This document shows positions 1 to 8,777 of a stretch of 32,710 bases of DNA, piece by piece (the first letter of the stretch is position 1; every line of letters begins with the position of its first letter). Both the position numbers and the translations under genes were made by a program. The notes beneath the pieces are model-generated. The model was not told where the DNA came from, did no database searches, and saw nothing but the letters and a program-made list of their open reading frames with translations. Origin of the DNA: a virus (lineage: Duplodnaviria; Heunggongvirae; Uroviricota; Caudoviricetes); the IMG/VR virus record IMGVR_UViG_2711768052_000004, positions 1 to 32,710 of that record; one strand, 5' to 3'.

Positions 1-219
1 TTACATCCACATAATTTGCTGCCCTGACGGCAACGGGTGCGGCCTTACGGCGTGGACTTCTCCCGGCTTCACGATGTATCGCTGTACCGACTCATAAGTG
101 ATGAACGTGGCGCTGCAATTCACGTTCTGGCACTGGTGATAACGCTCTTTTGTCGTGTCAGTGATATAGCGACTTGTACGCGCATGTGCGGCATGCTGGC
201 ATAAAGGACAATGAAACAT
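1..219 (-). CDS. ogr: Late transcription activator Ogr (zinc-finger, 72 aa)
   Basis: ORF track gives 93 aa; the internal Met starting MFHCPLCQHAAHARTSRY matches the P2 Ogr N-terminus and CX2C...CX4C zinc finger as I recall it; ATG at 217-219 with GAGG about 8 nt upstream. Confidence 0.9.
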   Translation of the reverse strand: MFHCPLCQHAAHARTSRYITDTTKERYHQCQNVNCSATFITYESVQRYIVKPGEVHAVRPHPLPSGQQIMWM

Positions 220-300
220 CGCGAGCACCTCTTCCGGTTTTGTTGATGGTGCCATTTTAGTTAATTTATCCTTATAAAACAAACAGATAAAATAAAAACA
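220..300 (-). promoter_or_regulatory. Probable ogr promoter / D-ogr intergenic region
   Basis: AT-rich 81-bp spacer between D stop and ogr start; positional inference only, no motif verified. Confidence 0.3.
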
Positions 301-1464
301 TCACCCATCATCTTCTGTTTCGTACTCCACATCAGAAAGCCTGACCTCAAGCTCTAAGGACGTCGTGAAGCCGCTATTATTCAGAAAATGTGTCACCTTA
401 GTGATTGTCCAGTCCTGCTCGTCTATGACGCGCTTAAAGCCTGATACTTTGACCGGCGTTTCCGTGTAAATATCTGCCCGACCGGTAGCCAGGCTGATGG
501 AGAACTCCGCAACGCCCCGTTGCAGTTTATCCCACTTCGCCTGAGCGGCGCGCATGGCCTGCGCTTTTGTGGCATATACCGTAGTCAGGGCAAAAACATT
601 GTCAGCCTCACCAGCCATGTATTCACCTTCGCGCGCTTCCGGTACTTTTGGCGCTTTCTTCTGCGTGACTGGTTTCGCTTTCGGGTGCTCCAGTGCGCGC
701 AGGTGTTTCTCTTTCTTTTTGCGTTTCAGTTTTACCTTCTGCTTTTGCGGCTTCGGGTCTTTGGTGTGTAACCACTTTGCCGTTACGCCTGTGTAGGCTC
801 CACGGTCAGCAATCGCAAAATGATGACGGTCGCCGTCGCTGCGGGTGATGGTAATCTGCGGGATTTTTTTACCGCTGGCCGTCACCCCCTGCCCCGCTTT
901 GAGAAACAGCAGTTTTCCCATTTTTACCGACACCTCACCGCCGTTGCGTTCAGCAAGGCGGGTCAGGAATTTCGCATCGGACTCCTGCGACTGGTCGATG
1001 TGCGGGATTTTAATTCCGGCCAGTGACGGAGCGACACTGGCTTCCAGCCTGTTACGGGAGGCTATCGCCTCAACAATCGCACCGAGCGTGGTGTCATGCC
1101 AGGAGCCTTCACGGCGGGAATTGAGCGTCCCGCGAAAATCTGCACTCCGGGCGCGGATGGTGACCACATCCGGCGCGCCCCGGTGTTCAACCTCATCAAC
1201 GGTGAATTTCCCTTTGCATACCAGGGCAAAACCTTTCCAGCCGATATACACCGTCAGGACAGCGCCACGAACCGGTAGCCCGACCTGCCCGTCGGCATCG
1301 TTCAGTTCAATATCAAGCTGGTCAGCCTCAAAGCCCCGGTTATCCGTCAGGGTCATGCTCATCAGACGGTCGCTGATATTGCCGGTAATATCCCTGCTGT
1401 CGAGCATCAGCATGTAATCCGGTGTCAGCGTACTGCCTGCATCAAATGTCAGCGCATCCAGCAT
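301..1464 (-). CDS. D: Tail protein gpD (387 aa)
   Basis: 387-aa ORF; length and position after U match P2 gpD; start ATG overlaps U stop. Confidence 0.9.
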   Translation of the reverse strand: MLDALTFDAGSTLTPDYMLMLDSRDITGNISDRLMSMTLTDNRGFEADQLDIELNDADGQVGLPVRGAVLTVYIGWKGFALVCKGKFTVDEVEHRGAPDVVTIRARSADFRGTLNSRREGSWHDTTLGAIVEAIASRNRLEASVAPSLAGIKIPHIDQSQESDAKFLTRLAERNGGEVSVKMGKLLFLKAGQGVTASGKKIPQITITRSDGDRHHFAIADRGAYTGVTAKWLHTKDPKPQKQKVKLKRKKKEKHLRALEHPKAKPVTQKKAPKVPEAREGEYMAGEADNVFALTTVYATKAQAMRAAQAKWDKLQRGVAEFSISLATGRADIYTETPVKVSGFKRVIDEQDWTITKVTHFLNNSGFTTSLELEVRLSDVEYETEDDG

Positions 1465-1943
1465 TATCCCGCCCCCGTCATACCCGTGAATCTGGTCGTC
1501 ATACTGCCAGCCTTACCGATGAGCGATTCCGCCTGTTTACCGATATCGCCATAAAGCGCGGTCAGTGATTCATCAACGCGGGTGAGCGACAGCGTAAAAT
1601 CAATTTTCCGGGGTGTGCCGTCTGCAAAGAAAATACTCCCTGTTTCACTCACCCTGCTGATGACATACATGCCGTAAATCATGCCGGTGCCATCCAGCAA
1701 CGGCCACGCCCGGCCTTCCTCTGCCATCAGCCTGAGCGTGGTCATCGTCAGCTTGCCGCCGGTCAGTTCGGGATAAAGCACACCGGCCAGCGTCATGTTT
1801 TCCTCACCCACACCGAGAAACTGGTAGGCATCCCGTTTACCGATACGGGAATTTGACGGCCAGCGATAATCCGATTCACGCTGCATGGTCTGGTGTGGCA
1901 GTGTCTGGCGCATAAAAACAAACATACCTAACGCGAGCATCAT
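1464..1943 (-). CDS. U: Tail protein gpU (159 aa)
   Basis: 159-aa ORF between T and D, as in P2. Confidence 0.9.
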   Translation of the reverse strand: MMLALGMFVFMRQTLPHQTMQRESDYRWPSNSRIGKRDAYQFLGVGEENMTLAGVLYPELTGGKLTMTTLRLMAEEGRAWPLLDGTGMIYGMYVISRVSETGSIFFADGTPRKIDFTLSLTRVDESLTALYGDIGKQAESLIGKAGSMTTRFTGMTGAG

Positions 1944-1957
1944 TTTTCGTCACCTCC

Positions 1958-4405
1958 TTAACCGTCATGCATCATGCTGGCACGGGCGCGCGCACGTTTA
2001 TCCCGCTCGTATTTTTCGAGCGCATCCTGTAACTGGCGGTCAAGCTGTGTTCCCGGCGCAGTACCGCCCGTCAGGCTGATGTGATATTCGTTTTTACTCT
2101 GGTCCACATAAGAGCGGCCAGCCGGTGCCGTAACCGGCTGATAAGCCTGATAGCCTGCATAAGAGCTGGTCGCCGGAATATAACCACCGGTGCCATACGT
2201 GGCGGCTTGAGTTCTGGCGGCGGTCTGGTCAAGTGTGTCTGACTCTTTGTTGATAACACCGAGTTTTTCCAGTACCCAGTCAATGCCACTGCGCAGTTTG
2301 TTGAACGCATTAAGCGGCAGCATCAGCGCGTCAGCCAGTGCCTGCCCGAACATGACGCCCGTGTCACGGCAACGGTTCAGGGTGTCCTGGGTGGCTTTGA
2401 CCGGGGCAATCAGGTTTTTAAACCACTGCCACGCGGCCTGTAACTTTTCACCCAGCCAGTCAAACACCGGCTTCAGTGGCGTGAACAGTTCCCCCACCGG
2501 CGCAAATGCCGCTTTCAGCCCTTCAACCACACCGCCAAAGAATGCGCTGACAGGCTCCCAGTATTTACGGATAAGCAACGCCCCGGCGACAATGGCGGCC
2601 ACCACGGCCACAACCGGCCAGCTAATCGCCCCGATGGCCGTCATAACAGCACTGCTAACCGTCGTGAAGATTGCCCCCATTGCGCCTGCTGCCGCGATAA
2701 TGGCATTGATGCCAGTGATAACCGGCCAGGCTACAAGGCCAATGGCACCGATGATGCCAGTAAGCGCCAGTGCGCCACCGGCAATGAGGCCGATGGTTGA
2801 CGCCAGTGATTTATTTTTCTGTATCCAGCCGTCAAGTTTTAACACATACTTTGTGGCCGTCTGCGTGAGCTTACGCAGCGCGCCTTCCTGCTGGTCAAAC
2901 AGGTCAGTCCCCACCGCCTCATAAGCGGACTGAAACTCCTTAAAGTCACCGCCGAGGTTGTCCTGCATGATATTTACCAGCTCGGCGGTCTTCCCGTCTG
3001 AGGCTTTAAACGCAGCGGTCAGTTTGTCCAGCTTTCCGGTTGACGCGGCAGTCATCAGCACAGCGGCGGCTGAGCTGGCCTCCTCCCCGAAAATGGTTTT
3101 CATGTATTCGGCCTGCTGGGCAGTACCGAGCCGGTTTTTCTCAAAACTGGCCTGCATTTCTTTCAGAATGGTAAATACTGGTCGGGTGTTTCCCTTGCTG
3201 TCTGAGGTTTTCACACCAAGCTCTTTCAGTGCATCCCACGCTTTTCCCGTCGGTGCCTGCAGGCGGCTTAACACGGCACGGCTTCCCGTCCCCGCCATTG
3301 AGCCTGTGATTTTTGCATCATGCAGCGCCCCGACCATTGCGGCGGTTTCTTCAATGCTGACACCGGCATTTTTTGCCACAGGTGCGGCATAGGTCAGCGC
3401 ATCGCTCATGCCGTCAAAATTGGCGGCGGTTTTGTTCATCGTCATGGAGAGAACATCCCCGATATGAGCGACCTTATCGTTTGAAAGCTGAAAGGCAGAT
3501 TTCATCCCCATCAGCAGGGCGGCGTTTTCTTCCATCGTGCGGCGGTTCGCCAGCGCCATGTTCAGCGTGACCGGCGTTGCCGCCTGAATGGCATCAACAT
3601 CCCCACCGGCTTTCGCAATAATAATCTGCGCACCGGCTGCATCATCTGCCGAGGCGGCGGTATTGTCGCCGAGCTGGCGCGCCTGTTTGCGTAATGCGGC
3701 CATTTCGGCGGAGTCTTTTGCCACACCGAGCACAGCCTGCAATTCTGAGTTTTTCTGCGCAAACTCATAACCGGGCATCAGCAGCTTAACACCGGCCATC
3801 GTTCCCGCAGCAGCAATCCCCACACCGGCAGCGCCCACTGAGGCCATATTTCCGGCCAGTTCCTTTCCGGCCTGATAACGCTGTTTTACTGCGTTAAGTT
3901 TTGCCTGTTGTGCACTGACACGCGCCAGTGCGTCGCGCTGACGGTTAAGCTGTGCGGTGGTTTCACTGATACGGTTTTTCAGCCCCTGCTCATCATGTGC
4001 AAGATTGCGGGTATTAATTCCCACAGCGGCCAGTTCCCGCTGCTGGCGTTTAACGGAATCCGTCAGGCGGTTATATTTCGCCTGTAAGTCCTCCGCCGCT
4101 CGCTTTGCGGATTCCAACACTTTCGCCTGAGCACGGGTCGGTCGTTCGGTATTTTTAAACTGTGTGGCAAGGGCTTCGGCCTCCTGCCGTGCCTTTTCAA
4201 GTGCATGACCAGTCACGGCGAGCTGTGCACTGGTCTTGCGGAATCCCTCAATACGGGATGCGTGACCGTTCAGCTCGCGCAGTGATTTTTGTGTTTCCCG
4301 GATATCCCCCGACAGCGACTTACTCGCTGTGCGGATGGATTTAAACGGGCGGGATGCCTGGTCAACAGCCCTGAGCAATACCTGTAATTTTACATTGTTA
4401 CTCAT
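1958..4405 (-). CDS. T: Tail tape measure protein gpT (815 aa)
   Basis: 815-aa ORF, Ala/Gly-rich with coiled-coil N-terminus and hydrophobic central region; follows E/E' as in P2. Confidence 0.92.
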   Translation of the reverse strand: MSNNVKLQVLLRAVDQASRPFKSIRTASKSLSGDIRETQKSLRELNGHASRIEGFRKTSAQLAVTGHALEKARQEAEALATQFKNTERPTRAQAKVLESAKRAAEDLQAKYNRLTDSVKRQQRELAAVGINTRNLAHDEQGLKNRISETTAQLNRQRDALARVSAQQAKLNAVKQRYQAGKELAGNMASVGAAGVGIAAAGTMAGVKLLMPGYEFAQKNSELQAVLGVAKDSAEMAALRKQARQLGDNTAASADDAAGAQIIIAKAGGDVDAIQAATPVTLNMALANRRTMEENAALLMGMKSAFQLSNDKVAHIGDVLSMTMNKTAANFDGMSDALTYAAPVAKNAGVSIEETAAMVGALHDAKITGSMAGTGSRAVLSRLQAPTGKAWDALKELGVKTSDSKGNTRPVFTILKEMQASFEKNRLGTAQQAEYMKTIFGEEASSAAAVLMTAASTGKLDKLTAAFKASDGKTAELVNIMQDNLGGDFKEFQSAYEAVGTDLFDQQEGALRKLTQTATKYVLKLDGWIQKNKSLASTIGLIAGGALALTGIIGAIGLVAWPVITGINAIIAAAGAMGAIFTTVSSAVMTAIGAISWPVVAVVAAIVAGALLIRKYWEPVSAFFGGVVEGLKAAFAPVGELFTPLKPVFDWLGEKLQAAWQWFKNLIAPVKATQDTLNRCRDTGVMFGQALADALMLPLNAFNKLRSGIDWVLEKLGVINKESDTLDQTAARTQAATYGTGGYIPATSSYAGYQAYQPVTAPAGRSYVDQSKNEYHISLTGGTAPGTQLDRQLQDALEKYERDKRARARASMMHDG

Positions 4406-4825
4406 TCGTGTTTCCGCTTCGCCGGAGCGCCTTTTCGCGCCATGTGATGAGTTCGGTCAGGCTCATGGGGTACAGTTCTGATGGCGGCCAGTGAAATATC
4501 ACAGCCACATCCGCCATCAGGTCATCGACCGACAGATTTTTCGGAAACGTCACTGCACCGAGTTCGGCGACAAAAAACCGACCACCTTACCGGCCAGCGC
4601 CACAAGGTCAGGCAGTTCCAGCGCGGCGACCTCCTGCTCGGTCAGCATCGGTGCTGTCATGCGCGGCAGCACCTTAATCAGTGCATCGACTTCGGAGTTC
4701 GCGACCGCTGCCAGACTGACACCGCGCAGCGTCCCGGCATTGGGTTTCATCAGCGTGACCTGTTCGATAACCTGCTCACCACGCTTGACCGGATTGTCCA
4801 GGGTAATCACATTTTCTTTGTTCAT
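4398..4825 (-). CDS. E+E': gpE+E' fusion made by programmed -1 frameshift (about 142 aa)
   Basis: Hand translation in the -1 frame from the slippery site gives VAELGAVTFPKNL...RSGNTNE and a stop at 4398-4400, overlapping the T start at 4405. Confidence 0.8.
4550..4825 (-). CDS. E: Tail assembly chaperone gpE (91 aa)
   Basis: 91-aa ORF between FII and T; contains the T6G slippery site near its 3' end. Confidence 0.9.
   Translation of the reverse strand: MNKENVITLDNPVKRGEQVIEQVTLMKPNAGTLRGVSLAAVANSEVDALIKVLPRMTAPMLTEQEVAALELPDLVALAGKVVGFLSPNSVQ
4571..4577 (-). other. Slippery heptamer TTTTTTG (minus strand) for the E/E' -1 frameshift
   Basis: Plus strand reads CAAAAAA at 4571-4577; on the minus strand the zero frame is GGT TTT TTG (G-F-L, residues 83-85 of gpE). 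Confidence 0.8.
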
Positions 4826-4881
4826 GGTTTTCTCACTTCTGAATCGGGGTTAACCGGTCAGCCTGGCTGACCGGATGAAAA

Positions 4882-5400
4882 TCACAGGCCGATATTGCGG
4901 CGGTGTTGCTCCAGCCGGTCGACGCCGTTCACCTTCTCAATCATGTTAATGGTGTCGATTTCGACCAGCTCCTTACCGTCCATCGTCAGCCGGAAATAGG
5001 TGCAGACCACGGAGATTTTCGACTCGGTGTCTTCTCCCTGTTTACCCTCGCCGGTGTCGATTTCTTTCTGACGGCCACGCATGACCACCTCGACGGCCAC
5101 CGTTTCGCCGGTATCGTCGCGCTGGTAAGAGCCAGCAAAACGAATCGGTACGGCATCCACACCGGTTGCGGCGTAAAGCTCCCAGATAACCGAATCCGGG
5201 AAGCCCCCGAGCGACCACTCCATTGACAGCGCATCGTCATCAAGGCCGAGGTCTACCGGTGCGCTGCCGTTCATCCCCGCACCGCGATAGTTTTCGAGCT
5301 TACGGGTCAGTTTTGGCAGCGTGACGGACTTTGCAACGCCCTGATAGCTGTAGCCGTTCAGAAAGACGTTCATTAACTTGAGTTTGCGCGGCATTGCCAT
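4882..5400 (-). CDS. FII: Tail tube protein gpFII (172 aa)
   Basis: 172-aa ORF directly downstream of FI, as in P2. Confidence 0.92.
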   Translation of the reverse strand: MAMPRKLKLMNVFLNGYSYQGVAKSVTLPKLTRKLENYRGAGMNGSAPVDLGLDDDALSMEWSLGGFPDSVIWELYAATGVDAVPIRFAGSYQRDDTGETVAVEVVMRGRQKEIDTGEGKQGEDTESKISVVCTYFRLTMDGKELVEIDTINMIEKVNGVDRLEQHRRNIGL

Positions 5401-5412
5401 CGGTCAGGCTCC

Positions 5413-6603
5413 TTAATTGCTGTTAACCGAGGTGACCAGATTTGCCAGGTATTTATCGGTAATACGCTGGCGCAGGGTCAGGTTTTCGAGAGGAGGCACC
5501 GGTGTATAGTCGTAGTCGATATACAGTTTTCCGGCCTTGAGGGTTTCCGCATCGTTGGATTCTTCGCTGAACCAGCATGAGCCATCCACGATATAGCCGT
5601 TTGTTTTCAGCTCACGGAATTTGGCATTGATGCCGTCAACGATGTCGCGAATCAGCGTTGCGGTGATGGGCTTGTCCACCGCCCACATGTGCGCCTCAGC
5701 CATCGTATCGGCCAGCACCTGCGCGGTGCGGGTGTAGTTTTCAAAGAGGAACAGCGGGTCATCAGAGCAGGTACGGTTACCCCAGAAGCGGAAACCGTCG
5801 CGGCGAATCAGCGTTGTGACACCTGACTCATTCAACAGGTCAGCATCGGTGCCGGACTCCTGCAAATCCCAGAATACAGAGGCACTGATGCCGGTAACAC
5901 CGTTTACCCCGACGTTGGACAGCGTTTTATGCCAGCCCTGCTCCTGGTCGATTTTAGCGCGCAGACCCAGCGCACGGGCGGTGGCATACGCGGTGGCGGT
6001 GGTACTGGTGACCGTATCCCATGCGAGGAAATCCGGCCAGATAACCATCAGTTCACGCTGGCTGAAATTCTGGCGGTAGGCTTTCACCTCGGAAATGGTT
6101 TTACAGCCCCATGCGCTGATATACCCGAAAGCGCGCAGCTTCTGACAGACTGATGCCAGTGCAACAGCCACCTCTTTGGTGTCCAGTCCCGGCACGCCGA
6201 GAATACGCGGTTTAACACCAGTTACCGACTCCGCCGCCAGCAGGGCTTTCAGTCCGGTGTACTGACCGTTTTCGTCGGTGGTGCCGATGATATTGGAAAC
6301 GGTCTGCGCGAGTTTCGTTTCCTCGTCGTCGCCGGTGCCGTCTTCCACACGCACAACAACGGTGACCGGTTTTGACTGGTCGGCGATGGCCTGCAACGAT
6401 GCCGCCAGCGTGCCTTTTTTACCGGCCTTTGCAATTGCACTCTGCACATTGGTAATCAGCACCGGTTTATTGAGGGGGAAGGTTTCCGCATCCGCATCGC
6501 TGGCCGTGCAGACCATGCCGACAATGGCAGTGGATACGGTGGAAATGACGCGGGTGCCGTCGTTAATCTCCAGCACCTGCACGCCGTGATGATAGTCACT
6601 CAT
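5413..6603 (-). CDS. FI: Contractile tail sheath protein gpFI (396 aa)
   Basis: ORF track gives 434 aa; the internal Met (MSDYHHGVQVLEINDG) has ATG at 6601-6603 with GGAG upstream, and 396 aa matches P2 FI as I recall it. Confidence 0.9.
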   Translation of the reverse strand: MSDYHHGVQVLEINDGTRVISTVSTAIVGMVCTASDADAETFPLNKPVLITNVQSAIAKAGKKGTLAASLQAIADQSKPVTVVVRVEDGTGDDEETKLAQTVSNIIGTTDENGQYTGLKALLAAESVTGVKPRILGVPGLDTKEVAVALASVCQKLRAFGYISAWGCKTISEVKAYRQNFSQRELMVIWPDFLAWDTVTSTTATAYATARALGLRAKIDQEQGWHKTLSNVGVNGVTGISASVFWDLQESGTDADLLNESGVTTLIRRDGFRFWGNRTCSDDPLFLFENYTRTAQVLADTMAEAHMWAVDKPITATLIRDIVDGINAKFRELKTNGYIVDGSCWFSEESNDAETLKAGKLYIDYDYTPVPPLENLTLRQRITDKYLANLVTSVNSN

Positions 6604-6698
6604 CCGTTTAACTCCGTGGTTAATGGGTGAGTGGTATTTTGTGTTGTGCAGAGCATGAGACGCTATTTGACCTGGCTGGTCAGTGGATGAAACAACAG
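6604..6698 (-). promoter_or_regulatory. Expected late promoter P_F region (Ogr-dependent)
   Basis: Positional inference from P2, where a late promoter sits upstream of FI; contains TTGTTGT/ACAACA elements but no binding site was verified. Confidence 0.4.
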
Positions 6699-6727
6699 AT
6701 AAAGAAAAGGCGGACAATCCGCCCGCC
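6699..6727 (-). terminator. Rho-independent terminator downstream of the cargo gene and upstream of P_F
   Basis: Minus strand reads GGCGG-ATTGT-CCGCC followed by TTTTCTTTAT. Confidence 0.6.
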
Positions 6728-6787
6728 TGTCATGATTTGTACTCACTTATTTCCCGACTGACAATTTACATAGCCAAAACGCTATCA

Positions 6788-6799
6788 AATCTGACAGTC
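6788..6799. repeat. Left arm of inverted repeat flanking the G-FI cargo gene (AATCTGACAGTC)
   Basis: Exact reverse complement of 8714-8725; partner arms extend imperfectly for about 10 more bp. Confidence 0.6.
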
Positions 6800-6957
6800 T
6801 GCTTTGAGCGAGAAGCGGACTTTAGAGCTCATCATATATAACTACGATAACCAACATACTGGAATAAGTGTAGTTTACATCCTGTCTTTACTGCCCAAAA
6901 TTATTCTTATTGTTCTAGCTAATTATTTAGTGGTGAATAAATATCTTGTTAACATGT

Positions 6958-7029
6958 ACTAACTCAGCACAAGACTCCACTGAGTTAGTATATTTTTATA
7001 CTCCCCTGCGAATTTAGCAGGGAAGTATA
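6958..7029. other. Two adjacent stem-loops just 3' of the cargo gene
   Basis: ACTAACTCAG-N12-CTGAGTTAGT (6958-6989) followed by ATATTTTTATA on the plus strand; TATACTCCCCTGC-N7-GCAGGGAAGTATA (6997-7029, one mismatch). Confidence 0.5.
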
Positions 7030-7060
7030 TTACAAATTAATTTATAGTGGTTATATTAAT

Positions 7061-8500
7061 CTATGATTCACCATTTACCCTTTTATTCTCAGAGCAATAT
7101 AACCATTCAGAAACATTAATTATAGCCTCCGGATGCGAGTGTGTTGAGTGTATTAATATACCATCATTCTGTGGAGCAAATTTAATAACTTTATGATCTC
7201 CAGCTGGAGTTTCAGATGATGCAATAAAAACTTCCGGGCAAAATATTAATCGCAAATCTCCATAAGCTATGGCCTTAGCTACAGCCAACCAAAATGAAAA
7301 AATCGCAACTGGTATTGCTGCAATAAGTAAAACATGAGGAACATCCTTTGATGGTTTCAACCTTTGCCAAATGTGAGAAATAGAAGTTAATACAAAGCTT
7401 ACTAATAATACTATAATCCATGATTTTTCTTCAGGATAGAAGAACCATATTAATACACTCATGGAAATATAAAATAGGTAGCTTAAAACTGCTGACCAAT
7501 GTGTTAGCTTTTTATGACTTACTTGAGCTTTTTTTAGCTGGGAAAGAATTGCAAAACATCCTTCGTGAAGTGAACTTACAAATCTTAGGCCTGAATCGGC
7601 TTCATCACCAATTGCGTGATAAATTTCAACATTCCTAAAATCAACCGCTTCACAGTGCTCGCCACTCTCAACTTCCTGCAAAAATTCTTTTTTATATTTT
7701 TTGGAGATTATAATTTCTGCAAATATTGAAACAAAAAAAATTACTGCTGCATAATTAATATTATATAGATTCAAAGGTACAAAAAATACTGCAAGTAACA
7801 ATTGAATGGCCAAAGTTCCGCTAATATCAATAAGATTAATTAAAGCACCTGACGTTCTTTTTATCCTACGTCGAAAGATGAACGGTGGTGACAAAAGACA
7901 TACGCCTTGAATTTTTTTTGCAATATCACTTCGTAAATAAGACATTTCTCTTACAATAGCTGCCCCATGGCTATGTGCAATAATATAATTGTATTTTGCA
8001 GGAGAGTTATCAATATGCATTCCTAATTGATATGCCGCTTGTTTACGAGAGGATGCAGAGTTTTTGCCATCCCATTTAAATCGAGATATACCAATATTGG
8101 GATTCCTTGAGTTAATTGATTTGCACATTTTTGACTCAGGTTGTGTCCAAGATGCATTCGTCTCGAATGTTCCATGAACAAGGTGAACAATAACATCTTC
8201 TGATTCAGCATTAGCAATATCATTCACGGTTGTTGTTTTAGTCGAGTGGAATATAAAACGCCATGCCGTTGAAATCCCTTTTTGCCAGACAACATAATGG
8301 ACGAGTGCAACGATTAGTATTATTGCGACTGGAATAGTTACAAGGCCTATGGAAATAGTTTTAATTATATACTGAAGAACTCCTTTATTATGGGTGAAAA
8401 AATAATATGCTACAGAGGAAATAAAGAGCACTAGCATAGCCAACATTATCCCAGACAAGCCAAATAATATAATATATTTAATAAAATCGTGATTTCCCAT
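7061..8500 (-). CDS. Cargo protein (479 aa): polytopic membrane protein with a lipase/esterase-like domain; candidate defence effector
   Basis: Long AT-rich ORF in the G-FI slot; about seven hydrophobic helices by eye; soluble segment carries VHLVHGTFE and IIAHSHGAAIV (an A-x-S-x-G nucleophile-elbow-like pentapeptide); AAGG RBS upstream of ATG at 8498-8500. Confidence 0.8.
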   Translation of the reverse strand: MGNHDFIKYIILFGLSGIMLAMLVLFISSVAYYFFTHNKGVLQYIIKTISIGLVTIPVAIILIVALVHYVVWQKGISTAWRFIFHSTKTTTVNDIANAESEDVIVHLVHGTFETNASWTQPESKMCKSINSRNPNIGISRFKWDGKNSASSRKQAAYQLGMHIDNSPAKYNYIIAHSHGAAIVREMSYLRSDIAKKIQGVCLLSPPFIFRRRIKRTSGALINLIDISGTLAIQLLLAVFFVPLNLYNINYAAVIFFVSIFAEIIISKKYKKEFLQEVESGEHCEAVDFRNVEIYHAIGDEADSGLRFVSSLHEGCFAILSQLKKAQVSHKKLTHWSAVLSYLFYISMSVLIWFFYPEEKSWIIVLLVSFVLTSISHIWQRLKPSKDVPHVLLIAAIPVAIFSFWLAVAKAIAYGDLRLIFCPEVFIASSETPAGDHKVIKFAPQNDGILIHSTHSHPEAIINVSEWLYCSENKRVNGES

Positions 8501-8713
8501 TGAATTGCCTTCTATTTGGATAATCGATTATTTAACCTTTCGATTTTGTGGTTTCAACTTGAGGTTCAAACAAGAACATTGCTCGCTAGCAGTTATGAGT
8601 GAATCACTGTTAAGCGATCGTGATTTCAGCTATAGATGATCTGAACTACATGAATGCTGACTCACTAGCCTATTTTACATAATTGTGTGGATGTCTGCTA
8701 TTGGCACATAGCG

Positions 8714-8725
8714 GACTGTCAGATT
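8714..8725. repeat. Right arm of inverted repeat flanking the G-FI cargo gene (GACTGTCAGATT)
   Basis: Exact reverse complement of 6788-6799; lies in the G-to-cargo intergenic region. Confidence 0.6.
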
Positions 8726-8777
8726 AGGCTTTACTCTGTGCTATAGATATGTAAGCTCACACCAGAGATCATACAAC

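Noticed and set aside
1-282. 93-aa extended version of ogr starting at 282
   Set aside because: The conserved Ogr protein begins at the internal Met (MFHCPLCQ) with its own RBS; the upstream extension has no RBS and would run toward the D stop.
5413-6717. 434-aa extended version of FI starting at 6717
   Set aside because: The internal ATG at 6601-6603 has a GGAG RBS and gives the expected 396-aa sheath protein; the extension would run through the presumed late promoter.
7420-8223. Short ORFs (72 and 66 aa) inside or antisense to the 479-aa cargo gene
   Set aside because: Embedded in a long, well-supported ORF; AT-rich sequence produces such ORFs by chance.
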